In this document: piece after piece, positions 7,223 through 15,649 of the stretch
Position numbering within the stretch: the stretch's first letter is position 1
Layout: each line of letters opens with the position of its first letter
Virus record (IMG/VR): IMGVR_UViG_3300033475_000076
Span: 1-39,737 of that record
Strand: one strand, 5' to 3'
Source: a virus
Lineage: Duplodnaviria; Caudoviricetes
Length of the DNA stretch: 39,737 bases
Translations under genes and position numbers: made by a program
The notes under the pieces: generated by a model
Databases searched by the model: none
Seen by the model: the letters and a program-made list of their open reading frames with translations, nothing else
What the model was told of the DNA's origin: nothing

Positions 7223-8158
7223 TCAATGCAGGACTGCGAGCTTAGACCTGACGCTTTCAGCCTCAGTACTCGTGAACGACCAGCCGTGCGACGGTCTGGC
7301 GTACCCTATGGCTCGCATGTGAGCGCGAGCTTGCGCTGGAGTGATGCCTACGTCCTTGGCGATCTGCGTCAGGGTGACAGCGTGACTGGTAGGTTGCTGG
7401 GATTGGGTAACGGGCTGTAGTGGGGCGTGATGGAACGCTGCCATCGTGAATGCGATTGCTCCGAGTTCGAATGCGATCGTGAACAGGAATGGGAGGAACA
7501 GCAGCACCGTCGGCTCGGCGTCTTGCTCTGAGATGGAGCGGATGCGTGCGTACAGCAGAACGAAGTTGCGCATCTTCTGCTCGCTCGATTGTGTGGACGA
7601 GTGACTGCGCTTCGCTTGCCAGAATGCGTCGTTCGCTTCCTTGTAATCGGTTGCGCGCAGGTCGAGCAGACTCTGCTTGATTAGCAAGGTCGCCTTGGCG
7701 CCTTTGCAGTTTGCGCCATCGCCCGACTTACAAGAACGTGTGACTTCGTCGCTTGCAGCGTTGAGCTCCGTTGCGGCGATGTCTTTAGACGTGGACGCTT
7801 TAGAGCGCGCCTTGTCGAGTTCGTCGATACGCTGCTTGAAGTCGCTGTCAGTGCTAAGACGCTGCTCTTGACTGTGCTGCCACATCGTTGTGGTTCTAGA
7901 TGTGCTCATGCCGACGCTTAGAATAGCTCCGACGACGAAGACTGAGGCAAGCATGAACCGATGCGTCTTGACTCTGTCCGTGTCAAATGCAGCGTGACCT
8001 GCGGACGCTGTGATTGCGAGCAGGACGGCGATCATGAGATCTACCGAGTCGATGTCTCGCCAAGACGTGAGATGGGAAAAGAGAATGTAGACGGTGATGC
8101 TGGCGCATAGTGCAGCTGAGATAATCAGGACTACGCGCGAGGCGTTCCATGAGGACAT
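7223..8158 (-). CDS. membrane protein with coiled region and C-terminal HTH (paralog 3)
   Basis: three N-terminal TMs, helical region with a Cys pair, fourth TM, then VTLTQIAKDVGITPAQARAHMR..HGWSF. Confidence 0.8.
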   Translation of the reverse strand: MSSWNASRVVLIISAALCASITVYILFSHLTSWRDIDSVDLMIAVLLAITASAGHAAFDTDRVKTHRFMLASVFVVGAILSVGMSTSRTTTMWQHSQEQRLSTDSDFKQRIDELDKARSKASTSKDIAATELNAASDEVTRSCKSGDGANCKGAKATLLIKQSLLDLRATDYKEANDAFWQAKRSHSSTQSSEQKMRNFVLLYARIRSISEQDAEPTVLLFLPFLFTIAFELGAIAFTMAAFHHAPLQPVTQSQQPTSHAVTLTQIAKDVGITPAQARAHMRAIGYARPSHGWSFTSTEAESVRSKLAVLH

Positions 8159-8242
8159 TGGGGCAGTACCACGGTTAGGGACGTGATAGTCGCGGGTGAT
8201 ACCGCCCCAGTCCAGATGTCGTCAATGGGCGAAAGGCCGGAG

Positions 8243-8917
8243 TTAGGCGCCTTTAGGTGCCCGGAGACGTTGTTTGAGGCGACTACGGATCTTCTCGGCT
8301 TCGCTCTTAGACCACGCCCAACCGTGATCCGGCTTTGGCACCTTCAACTCACGCAAAATTGCCCTGCAGACACGAGGCGGGTGACCGAGCTCTTCGCAAA
8401 TCTCCGAGATAGTGATGTGCTCGCCGCTCTTCACCTTGGCTTTCGCCTTAGCCACAGCGTCACGAGGTTTCGGAACGCGCTCCTTTTTAGGGGCACGAGT
8501 TCGCGTCACCTGTTCGACTTTGACCGCCTCATGTGGATCTTTGATCACGTTGTCATCGACCACAACGCGCCTACCGATGAACTGGCGAACAGTCGTGAAC
8601 AGCGGATCGGGCACATCCCATTCGCGCTCGGTCGGGGTGAGCTTGTGTTCGATCGCTCGCTCCAGATCGTCGCTCTGCTCGCCTCTGATACGCATACCCT
8701 TCTCAGTCAGAAGCTCATTGTTGCGCAGCCACTTGTACTCGGCTCCGTCAATGATCATGTCCAAGAACGCCTTCGCTGCATACGCGGAGTGGAAGTTGAT
8801 GAACATGAAACGATCATCTGCGTTATAGCAGTAGAAACCGAAGCGACTGTTGATCTTCGACAGGACGATTGGGAACGGCGGCGGTAACCCCAGCTTCTTG
8901 GCCTTATCCGACATCAT
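8243..8917 (-). CDS. protein with C-terminal HTH (paralog 4)
   Basis: start MMSDKAKK after a GGAGG RBS; ITISEICEELGHPPRVCRAILR..HGWAW. Confidence 0.8.
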   Translation of the reverse strand: MMSDKAKKLGLPPPFPIVLSKINSRFGFYCYNADDRFMFINFHSAYAAKAFLDMIIDGAEYKWLRNNELLTEKGMRIRGEQSDDLERAIEHKLTPTEREWDVPDPLFTTVRQFIGRRVVVDDNVIKDPHEAVKVEQVTRTRAPKKERVPKPRDAVAKAKAKVKSGEHITISEICEELGHPPRVCRAILRELKVPKPDHGWAWSKSEAEKIRSRLKQRLRAPKGA

Positions 8918-8934
8918 GTCACCCCTCCAGGCGT

Positions 8935-9201
8935 TTAGTGCACGGTAGCCCGACGTGCTTTCGCTTTCGGTTTCAGCTGCGCAGAAGTAGTCGGGGCATA
9001 AACGACCCCAGCCTTCTTCGGGGTCTTTCGTGTAGAACGTGACGGCCTGGCTTTGAGGAACGCTCGGATCTTGATTAGCTCCTGATCTTTGTCGTCTGGC
9101 CATCGCCACCTCTTGTGCTGCCCGAACTGCTCGCGCAAGATGGCGCGTAGCTTGTGGGCGTCAATCTCGAACTCACGCGCAAGGTTCTTCAGTACGATCA
9201 T
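8935..9201 (-). CDS. small HTH protein (paralog 5)
   Basis: MIVLKNLAREFEIDAHKLRAILR..RWRW; GAGGGAG RBS. Confidence 0.75.
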   Translation of the reverse strand: MIVLKNLAREFEIDAHKLRAILREQFGQHKRWRWPDDKDQELIKIRAFLKARPSRSTRKTPKKAGVVYAPTTSAQLKPKAKARRATVH

Positions 9202-9342
9202 GTGTGGATACTCCCTCATGTGGTGATTGCGAGCGGCACTGTATCGCATACGGGAACCAGAGGCAAAGAACAAAGACATTGACATCTAGCCCATATGGAT
9301 GGCATGCGAGCGAGAGTGGCAACGGGCACGGAAAAACTGGCG

Positions 9343-9819
9343 ATGGCACGCGCGCGACCCAAACACAATGCAGGCAACGGTCGATCAGCAGCTGAGAAAC
9401 GCGAGGCACGCATGATCGCTGACGACGAGAACGGCGGGTATGGTCGCTGGTATGATCCAGCGCGATTGCCAGACGTAATCGAAGCGGGCAAGCGGGGTGA
9501 CAGCGAGACGCAGATAGCAGCGTGGATCTTCAATGTACCCCGCAGCGTATTGCGCAGCATGGCGCGCAAGCGTCCCGAGCTACAGCGAGCGCTAGACATC
9601 GCAAGCGCACACGCTGAGGCTTGGTGGGAGCACGAAGTCAAGATATCCCGGAAGACTCCGCACTTCAACGCCCACGCTGTCAAGCACATGATGTCGTCAC
9701 GCTTCAGAGCGACATACAGCGATCGTCTGACGCTCGAGGGTAGCAGCGATGCACCTCTGGTTCACAAGATAGAGCGTGTCATCGTCAAGGCGAAGCGTGA
9801 TCGCCATGCGGATAATTGA
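9343..9819 (+). CDS. terS: terminase small subunit
   Basis: HTH then PELQRAL...AEAWWE...FNA...MMSSRF..YSDR and C-terminal IERVIV, typical of TerS; start uncertain (9295-9412). Confidence 0.8.
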   Translation: MARARPKHNAGNGRSAAEKREARMIADDENGGYGRWYDPARLPDVIEAGKRGDSETQIAAWIFNVPRSVLRSMARKRPELQRALDIASAHAEAWWEHEVKISRKTPHFNAHAVKHMMSSRFRATYSDRLTLEGSSDAPLVHKIERVIVKAKRDRHADN

Positions 9820-9832
9820 ACGATGTCCACTC

Positions 9833-9860
9833 TATTCGCATAATAATCATTATGGATAAT
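9833..9860 (+). other. dif-like XerC/XerD recombination site
   Basis: TATTCGCATAA-TAATCA-TTATGGATAAT, an 11-6-11 layout; compare E. coli dif GGTGCGCATAA-TGTATA-TTATGTTAAAT. Confidence 0.7.
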
Positions 9861-10043
9861 GTATCTGCATATGTGCATGCAAGGATGCGGACAGTACGTC
9901 GATACAACCCTGTCCGCAGTCGGGGTTTCGCTCGGAGTGGTCGAGTTGCATCGGACTTGGCGAGTGCGGACAGCAACCGACCCGACCGCCGGCCCCGGCG
10001 CCTCATAAAAAATTTCCACTCCAAGCACTTTCAAGACATCCTC

Positions 10044-10265
10044 CTACGTCCTATTGGACAGACGCAGGTGCAGGTAGCTGACGACGTTCGCCGGCCGGCT
10101 GACCAGCTGAAACTCGACGCCGCGAAAGGCGGGACCATGATCAAACGTAATCGCGCGCTCGATGTTGCTGCGACGCTTGCGCACGACCTCTGCAGCATCT
10201 TGCAGCGTGCGTGCCGTCAGAGTCTCGAGCAATGCGCCGTTGTGTGTCAGTTCGAACTTAGGCAT
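10044..10265 (-). CDS. hypothetical protein (terS-terL cassette)
   Basis: MPKFELTHNG...; GGAGG RBS. Confidence 0.7.
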   Translation of the reverse strand: MPKFELTHNGALLETLTARTLQDAAEVVRKRRSNIERAITFDHGPAFRGVEFQLVSRPANVVSYLHLRLSNRT

Positions 10266-10314
10266 GGGGTCCTCCGCTTGTTGCAGACAGCGTTCCTACA
10301 CCTATTCGCGCCCA

Positions 10315-10340
10315 CAACAAAAAGGCCCGCGAACGGGCCC
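10315..10340 (-). terminator. intrinsic terminator
   Basis: GGCCCG-ttcg-CGGGCC followed by TTTTT. Confidence 0.8.
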
Positions 10341-10367
10341 ACGCACACAAGCTTTGATTGGCGGCCG

Positions 10368-10625
10368 TCAGTCGCACTCGAAGTCGGGGAAGTCGCTCAA
10401 GCGAACCACAGTCACGTAGCGATTGACCAGCGCGCAAGCGAGCCACATGTTATCGTCACTCAGGTGCGCGACAGGCTGCCACTTACCGTCCGAACGCTGC
10501 ACGATCGAGTACGGCAGGCCTTCAACGCGAGCGCTCAACACACGGCGCAACGCGCCAGCGCGCGTCTTGCACGCCTTCGTCGCATTCATGTGGTCGACAA
10601 GCTGGGTGAGGGTGTAGGTGGTCAT
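10368..10625 (-). CDS. hypothetical protein (cassette)
   Basis: MTTYTLTQL...; AGGAGA RBS within a repeated leader. Confidence 0.75.
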   Translation of the reverse strand: MTTYTLTQLVDHMNATKACKTRAGALRRVLSARVEGLPYSIVQRSDGKWQPVAHLSDDNMWLACALVNRYVTVVRLSDFPDFECD

Positions 10626-10889
10626 CTTCGTCTCCTGTTCAAGTGTTTGTGGACTGTTGATTGGCGACCGTCAGCGCGACGTGCCGTCGGGTTGCGTTTG
10701 AGGACCGTCAGCGCGATCGTACACCGCCTGCACGTGCAGACGATCGAACTCGCGCAACAGCTTGTCAGCCTTGCTCATAGTCACATTCGCAGCGTACAGC
10801 TGCCACACGCGACCGAAGCGGGCGTAGACGTTGAAACGCGGGGTGTCGTAGATGTTCATCTTCGTCTCCTGTTCAAGTGTTTGTGGACT
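10622..10889. repeat. 34-bp exact direct repeat (10622-10655, 10856-10889): shared leader, RBS and ATG
   Basis: TCATCTTCGTCTCCTGTTCAAGTGTTTGTGGACT twice; partial third copy near 11204-11223. Confidence 0.95.
10671..10859 (-). CDS. hypothetical protein (cassette)
   Basis: MNIYDTPRF...; same leader as the 10625 gene. Confidence 0.75.
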   Translation of the reverse strand: MNIYDTPRFNVYARFGRVWQLYAANVTMSKADKLLREFDRLHVQAVYDRADGPQTQPDGTSR

Positions 10890-10917
10890 CACTATACCAC
10901 ACCCGTATACGGGGACA
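10890..10917 (-). promoter_or_regulatory. early promoter with extended -10
   Basis: TTGTCC-N16-TATAGT with TG upstream of the -10; spacer contains the palindrome CCCGTATACGGG. Confidence 0.55.
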
Positions 10918-10961
10918 ACACAATTCCCGCATACAGGTGTGGTATTCGCGACGTGTTGCGA

Positions 10962-11207
10962 TCAATCGACAGACAACTCCTCGACGGAGATGCTGCAGCA
11001 GCGCTCGCACCAGTCGTGCATCGCGTCGAAGCAGCTGTCATCGTCCGTGGCGGGGATCACTTCGTGAGCGATCTCCATCATAGCTTCCTCGGCCTTGTCG
11101 ATCGCAGCGTCATGCGTGGAACCGGCGTAGCGAGAGGTCTTGACAATACGAACGCCGCGACGCGTGCGCGTCGTGATCTTCAGAGTGGCGATGTAGACCT
11201 TGTTCAT
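10962..11207 (-). CDS. hypothetical protein (cassette)
   Basis: MNKVYIATL...; AGGAGA RBS; acidic Cys-containing C-terminus. Confidence 0.7.
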   Translation of the reverse strand: MNKVYIATLKITTRTRRGVRIVKTSRYAGSTHDAAIDKAEEAMMEIAHEVIPATDDDSCFDAMHDWCERCCSISVEELSVD

Positions 11208-11281
11208 GTGTCGTCTCCTGTTCGTCGTTATCCACACACAATAAACGACCCGCGGCGTGTCCGCAATAGGAAACCCCATCA

Positions 11282-12484
11282 ATGCTAGCGCCGTCGGGCA
11301 CGTTACAACTCGAAACGCCGGAGGTGTTCGTCCCCGCTCTCGACCCTGCGCGCTACGTCGGCCTGTACGGCGGACGCGGCAGCGGCAAGAGCTACTTCAT
11401 GGCCGACAAGCTAATCGAGCGCGCAATCATGCGCCCAACGCGCTGGATGTGCGTGCGTGAAACGCAGGTGAGCTTGAAGCAGTCGGTGAAGCAACTCCTC
11501 ATGCAAGAGATCGATCGCTTGAACGTCGGGCGATACTTCAAGGAGCGCACAAGTCACATCGAGACCCCGGGCGGCGAGTTTGTCTTCACCGGAATGAAGA
11601 ACCACAACAGCGAGTCGATCAAGAGCTATCAGGGCTTTCACGGCGCGTGGATCGAAGAGGCGCAGACGTTCAGCCAGCGCAGTCTCGAACTGATCCGTCC
11701 GACGATCCGCGAGGACGACTCCGAGATATGGATGACGTGGAACCCGAACCTGCCCACAGATCCTGTGGACGTGTTCATGCGTCAGCAACGCCCGAAGAAC
11801 TCGATCCTCGTCAAGGCGAACTTCTATGACAATCCGTTCTTCCCCGAGGTGCTACGCGAAGACCTTGAGTACGATAAGCGTCGAGACTACGAGCGATACA
11901 AGCACGTGTGGCTTGGCGGGTATAACACCCGCAGCGATGCACGTGTGTTCAAGAACTGGCGCGTTGGAGACATCGAGGACTTCAGACCGAACACACGCAC
12001 GTATTTCTATCTCGGTGCCGACTGGGGCTACTCCATAGACCCCAGCGTGCTGATCAGCTGCTACGTCGAAGGGCGGACCTTGTTCATCGTCGCCGAGGCG
12101 TACAAGGTCGGATGCGAGATCGACTACATAGAAAAACTCTTCATCGATGCAATCCCGTACGCCAAGCAGTACATGTGTACGGCCGACTCGGCCAGGCCCG
12201 AAACCATCAGCTACTTGCGCAGGAACCACGGCTTCTCGCGCATGCGCGCTGCGAAGAAGGGACCGAACTCCATCCAGGAGGGCATCGAGTTCCTCAGGAA
12301 ATACGACATTGTGGTCCATCCGGACTGCGTGCATACCATCGATGAACTGAGCAACTACTCTTACGACCAGGACAAGCTCACTCAGGCGGTGCTGCCGAAG
12401 TTGCTCGACAAAAAGAACCACGTGATCGACGCCCTGCGATACGCGGTTGAACCTTTGCGCCGGGGCAGGATAGGGATGTTCTGA
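11282..12484 (+). CDS. terL: terminase large subunit, PBSX family
   Basis: YGGRGSGKS Walker A, WIEEA Walker B, TWNP, GADWG and NHVIDALRYA nuclease motifs. Confidence 0.97.
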   Translation: MLAPSGTLQLETPEVFVPALDPARYVGLYGGRGSGKSYFMADKLIERAIMRPTRWMCVRETQVSLKQSVKQLLMQEIDRLNVGRYFKERTSHIETPGGEFVFTGMKNHNSESIKSYQGFHGAWIEEAQTFSQRSLELIRPTIREDDSEIWMTWNPNLPTDPVDVFMRQQRPKNSILVKANFYDNPFFPEVLREDLEYDKRRDYERYKHVWLGGYNTRSDARVFKNWRVGDIEDFRPNTRTYFYLGADWGYSIDPSVLISCYVEGRTLFIVAEAYKVGCEIDYIEKLFIDAIPYAKQYMCTADSARPETISYLRRNHGFSRMRAAKKGPNSIQEGIEFLRKYDIVVHPDCVHTIDELSNYSYDQDKLTQAVLPKLLDKKNHVIDALRYAVEPLRRGRIGMF

Positions 12485-14376
12485 TGGCGACGCAGAAGAA
12501 ACCAGCACTTCAACTGATCGAGGCCAACGCTCGCATCGCCGCTCTCAAGGCGCAAGAGGCGTGGAGCATCATCCGCAGCCGTGTTGCCCAGCGACTCGGC
12601 TATAGCCATGACGGCAACCGCGACCTGTACGCGGCCTTTGGCTACAAGCGCGACATAAGGCCGATCGATCTCTATTCGCTCTATACGCGCCAGGACATCG
12701 CGCACCGCATCATCAAGGCATTTCCGCAGGCGACGTGGCGAGACACGCCAGTAGTCAGAGATGAAGCGGGCAACGGGACCGATCCTAATCAGCCGGGGTA
12801 CAGCGAGTTCGCCGACAAGGCGGACACGTTCTTCGACATGATGCGCGTAATGCACTACATGGAGCGCGCGGACAGGCTCGCATCAATTGGACGTTTCGGT
12901 CTTCTCTACATGGGCTTCGCTGACGGCAAGCCCGAGCAACCTCTCGCGGACGGCAAGAACGAACTCGTCTTTCTATCGGCCTACAGCGAGATGGGCGTGC
13001 AGATCACCTCGTGGACAAACGACATGCGGAACCCGCGTTTCGGCATGCCGGAGATGTATAGCTTGAACGCGGTCCCGTTCGACTCAGACTCGAAGGCGCC
13101 GCAGAAGACCTTCAAGGTTCATGCGTCGCGCATTATTCACATCGCCGAGATACTCGATCAAGACGAGACGTACGGCATCCCAAGACTGCTGCCTGTGGTC
13201 AATCGTCTGCAGGACTTGGAGAAAGTCGTCGGCGGCAGCGCAGAGACGTTCTGGCTGACAGCGAACCGCGGCATTGCGCTGTGGGCCGACAAGGAAGCGC
13301 AGCTGGATGAAGAGCAGCAGAACGACATCAAAGAGCAGCTGAAGAGCTTCGCTCACGGGATGCAGCGCACTCTGTCCGGCCAAGGCATGAACGCTCAGAT
13401 CCTCGGCAGCGAGAGCCCCGATCCTGCGCCGAACGCTGACAAGCTCTTGAGTCTGATCGCAGGCGCAGTCGGTATCCCGATGCGTATCCTTCTCGGTACC
13501 GAGCGCGGGCAGCTGGCATCAGGCCAAGACGAGAACAACTGGTCGCAGCGCGTTGGCGAGCGCCGGCGCATGTTCGCCACCCCGATGATGCTACGGCCGT
13601 TCATTGACTTGATGATCAAGACGGGCAACCTCCCAGCGCCGGAAGGTCACTGGTGGCCCGAGTGGTCAGACACCGACGCACTGCCCGCTGACAGCCGGAG
13701 TCAAATCGCCGAGCGCAAGACGAATGCCCTCGCAAATTATGCGAGGACTCCCGGTGCGGATCTTGTCGTGCCGATCCCCGAGTTCCGCACCAAGATCCTC
13801 GAGCTTCCGCCCGAGCCGCCTGAGGGCTGGGCTGTGGACACGACGGAGCTCGGTGCACCTGTGCAGCCGACGAACCCGAACGCGCCTGGCGGCGATCCTA
13901 ACAATCCGATCGATGTCACCAACGCGCACGTCGCTCCGCTGTACGTGAGCCGCAACGTCCTGAACACGAAGGCGATCAAGGACTGGGCGAAGGCGCAAGA
14001 CATCACTGTCACCGAGGACCCGCTGCACGTCACTATCTGCTACTCCAAGATGGCTGTGGATTGGATGAAGTTCCAGCAGTCATTCGGCGAAGACGAAGAC
14101 GGCAAGATGATGGTTCATCCCGGCGGGCCGCGTGCAATGGAATTGTTCGGTCCCAACAGCGAGGGCAAGTATGCGCTCGTGCTGCAGTTCAATAACACCG
14201 AACTGCAATGGAGGCAGAAGGAGTTCTGCGACGGCGGCGCGTCTTACGACCATGCTGACTACCAGCCTCACATCACTCTTGCCTACGTGGATCAAGGTTT
14301 TGAGATTGGCGATATCGAACCTTACACTGGCGCAATCGCCCTCGGGCCGGAGATCTTCCAAGACGTCAAGGAGTGA
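12484..14376 (+). CDS. DUF1073-type portal protein fused to a C-terminal Acb1-like 2H phosphodiesterase
   Basis: follows terL; NPRFGMPEMY, VHASRIIH, IPMRILLG portal motifs; Pro-rich linker; LHVTICYS and YQPHITLAY 2H motifs. Confidence 0.9.
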   Translation: MATQKKPALQLIEANARIAALKAQEAWSIIRSRVAQRLGYSHDGNRDLYAAFGYKRDIRPIDLYSLYTRQDIAHRIIKAFPQATWRDTPVVRDEAGNGTDPNQPGYSEFADKADTFFDMMRVMHYMERADRLASIGRFGLLYMGFADGKPEQPLADGKNELVFLSAYSEMGVQITSWTNDMRNPRFGMPEMYSLNAVPFDSDSKAPQKTFKVHASRIIHIAEILDQDETYGIPRLLPVVNRLQDLEKVVGGSAETFWLTANRGIALWADKEAQLDEEQQNDIKEQLKSFAHGMQRTLSGQGMNAQILGSESPDPAPNADKLLSLIAGAVGIPMRILLGTERGQLASGQDENNWSQRVGERRRMFATPMMLRPFIDLMIKTGNLPAPEGHWWPEWSDTDALPADSRSQIAERKTNALANYARTPGADLVVPIPEFRTKILELPPEPPEGWAVDTTELGAPVQPTNPNAPGGDPNNPIDVTNAHVAPLYVSRNVLNTKAIKDWAKAQDITVTEDPLHVTICYSKMAVDWMKFQQSFGEDEDGKMMVHPGGPRAMELFGPNSEGKYALVLQFNNTELQWRQKEFCDGGASYDHADYQPHITLAYVDQGFEIGDIEPYTGAIALGPEIFQDVKE

Positions 14377-14379
14377 GCT

Positions 14380-15159
14380 ATGCTCACGCTCAGCAATCAA
14401 GGCATCGATCCGACGAAGACGGTCGCTCTGCGTAGTCGCTACCAGCGTGAGATGAAGCGGCGGTTCGACGCATTCAAGAAAGCGGTCGACGTTCACATCC
14501 GCGACCGTAACGCGTTGCAGGTGAATGCGCCCGCGAACAAGTTGCGCGCCTTTCAACTGTGGTTGAAGCAGGCCGAACGTCAAGGCTTGCTGACACGATG
14601 GCAGAACAACTATCTTCTCAGTGCGTATCAGAAAGGGCTGGCCGGTGCAGGATCTGAGCTTGGACGCGCTGGTGCGCGCATCACTGACGACTTTATCCAC
14701 AGCGCGTGGTTCCGACCCATTCACCGTGACCGTATCGAACTCATCTACACGCGGGCGTATACGGAGCTCGACGGCATCACCACCGTTATGGACACTCAGA
14801 TCAGTCGCACCCTCGCCCAGGGCTTACTCGAAGGACGGAGTGCCGATGAACTGGCCGACGCGGTCGCGGAAAACATCGACGGTATTAGCGCGACGAGGGC
14901 GCAAGTTCTTGCGCGTACTGAAGTCATCCGCGCGCATGCGAGCGGTACTCTCGGCGCGTATCGCGAGGCTCGGATTGAAGGCGTCCATCTGAAGGCCGAG
15001 TTCAGCACTGCCGGTGACGGGCACGTGTGCTTCAAGTGCGCGGCGCTCGAAGGCAATGTCTACGATATCGACGCGGCCGAGGGAGTAATCCCTGTCCACC
15101 CGAACTGCCGTTGTGTATGGTTACCTGTGGTCATGGATGCAAGTGGAGTCGTGTTATGA
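14380..15159 (+). CDS. minor head protein, SPP1 gp7 / MuF-like
   Basis: RAQVLARTE, C..CAALEG, IPVHPNCRC. Confidence 0.92.
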   Translation: MLTLSNQGIDPTKTVALRSRYQREMKRRFDAFKKAVDVHIRDRNALQVNAPANKLRAFQLWLKQAERQGLLTRWQNNYLLSAYQKGLAGAGSELGRAGARITDDFIHSAWFRPIHRDRIELIYTRAYTELDGITTVMDTQISRTLAQGLLEGRSADELADAVAENIDGISATRAQVLARTEVIRAHASGTLGAYREARIEGVHLKAEFSTAGDGHVCFKCAALEGNVYDIDAAEGVIPVHPNCRCVWLPVVMDASGVVL

Positions 15160-15335
15160 AAGCCGGTTATAGCGAACCTGAAGCGCAGCGCGTTGAGACT
15201 CTATCGCAGACGGGCAACAGCCCGCTGTCTCACAAACCGATCCTGACAGAGAAGCCGGTCAAGATTGACCGCAGCGCGTACGAGCAACTAGCCTTTGGCT
15301 GCTATCGCAAGAAGAAGGCACCGGCGTGTCCTTGA
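15156..15335 (+). CDS. hypothetical protein
   Basis: ATGA overlap; MKAGYSEPEAQ... Confidence 0.5.
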   Translation: MKAGYSEPEAQRVETLSQTGNSPLSHKPILTEKPVKIDRSAYEQLAFGCYRKKKAPACP

Positions 15336-15601
15336 TGCTGTGCGCTCGCTGCAATCACCCTCGTGGAGAGCATTCCTACAACGGGGCCTGCTACGGCCTG
15401 TGCGGGGAGTTTATACCCATGAAAGTCAAAACAACTCTCGGTGAAGCGAGCGTGACCTTGGCCGATCGTTGCGAGAAGTGCGAGCGCTGGGCGCGCGTGA
15501 AAAACGCGCCTAGCCAAGGAGTTTGCGGCAAACGCGGCTGGCGCACCGACAAGGACGACTGGTGCCGCTACTACCGCCACCCGGAGAGTTCGCGCGATTG
15601 A
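15335..15601 (+). CDS. small Cys/His-rich metal-binding protein
   Basis: CARCNHPRGEH...C...C and CEKC...C...C; TGATG overlap. Confidence 0.55.
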   Translation: MLCARCNHPRGEHSYNGACYGLCGEFIPMKVKTTLGEASVTLADRCEKCERWARVKNAPSQGVCGKRGWRTDKDDWCRYYRHPESSRD

Positions 15602-15626
15602 CACTCCGGGCCATCGCCGTTATTGC
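15585..15626 (+). promoter_or_regulatory. putative late promoter (lysis operon)
   Basis: AGAGTTCGCGCGA-TTGACA-N17-TATTGC. Confidence 0.6.
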
Positions 15627-15649
15627 GCGACGATGGCATGGAGAGTCTA

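Noticed and set aside
10622-10889. 34-bp repeats as a mini-CRISPR array (a Cas4-like gene is present)
   Set aside because: Only two copies, 200 bp apart, each being a gene leader with RBS and ATG; the Cas4-like nuclease sits in a standard Sak4/SSB recombination module
11228-11236. Perfect DnaA box TTATCCACA
   Set aside because: Single copy; other TGTGGA matches are degenerate and scattered, insufficient for a DnaA-dependent origin
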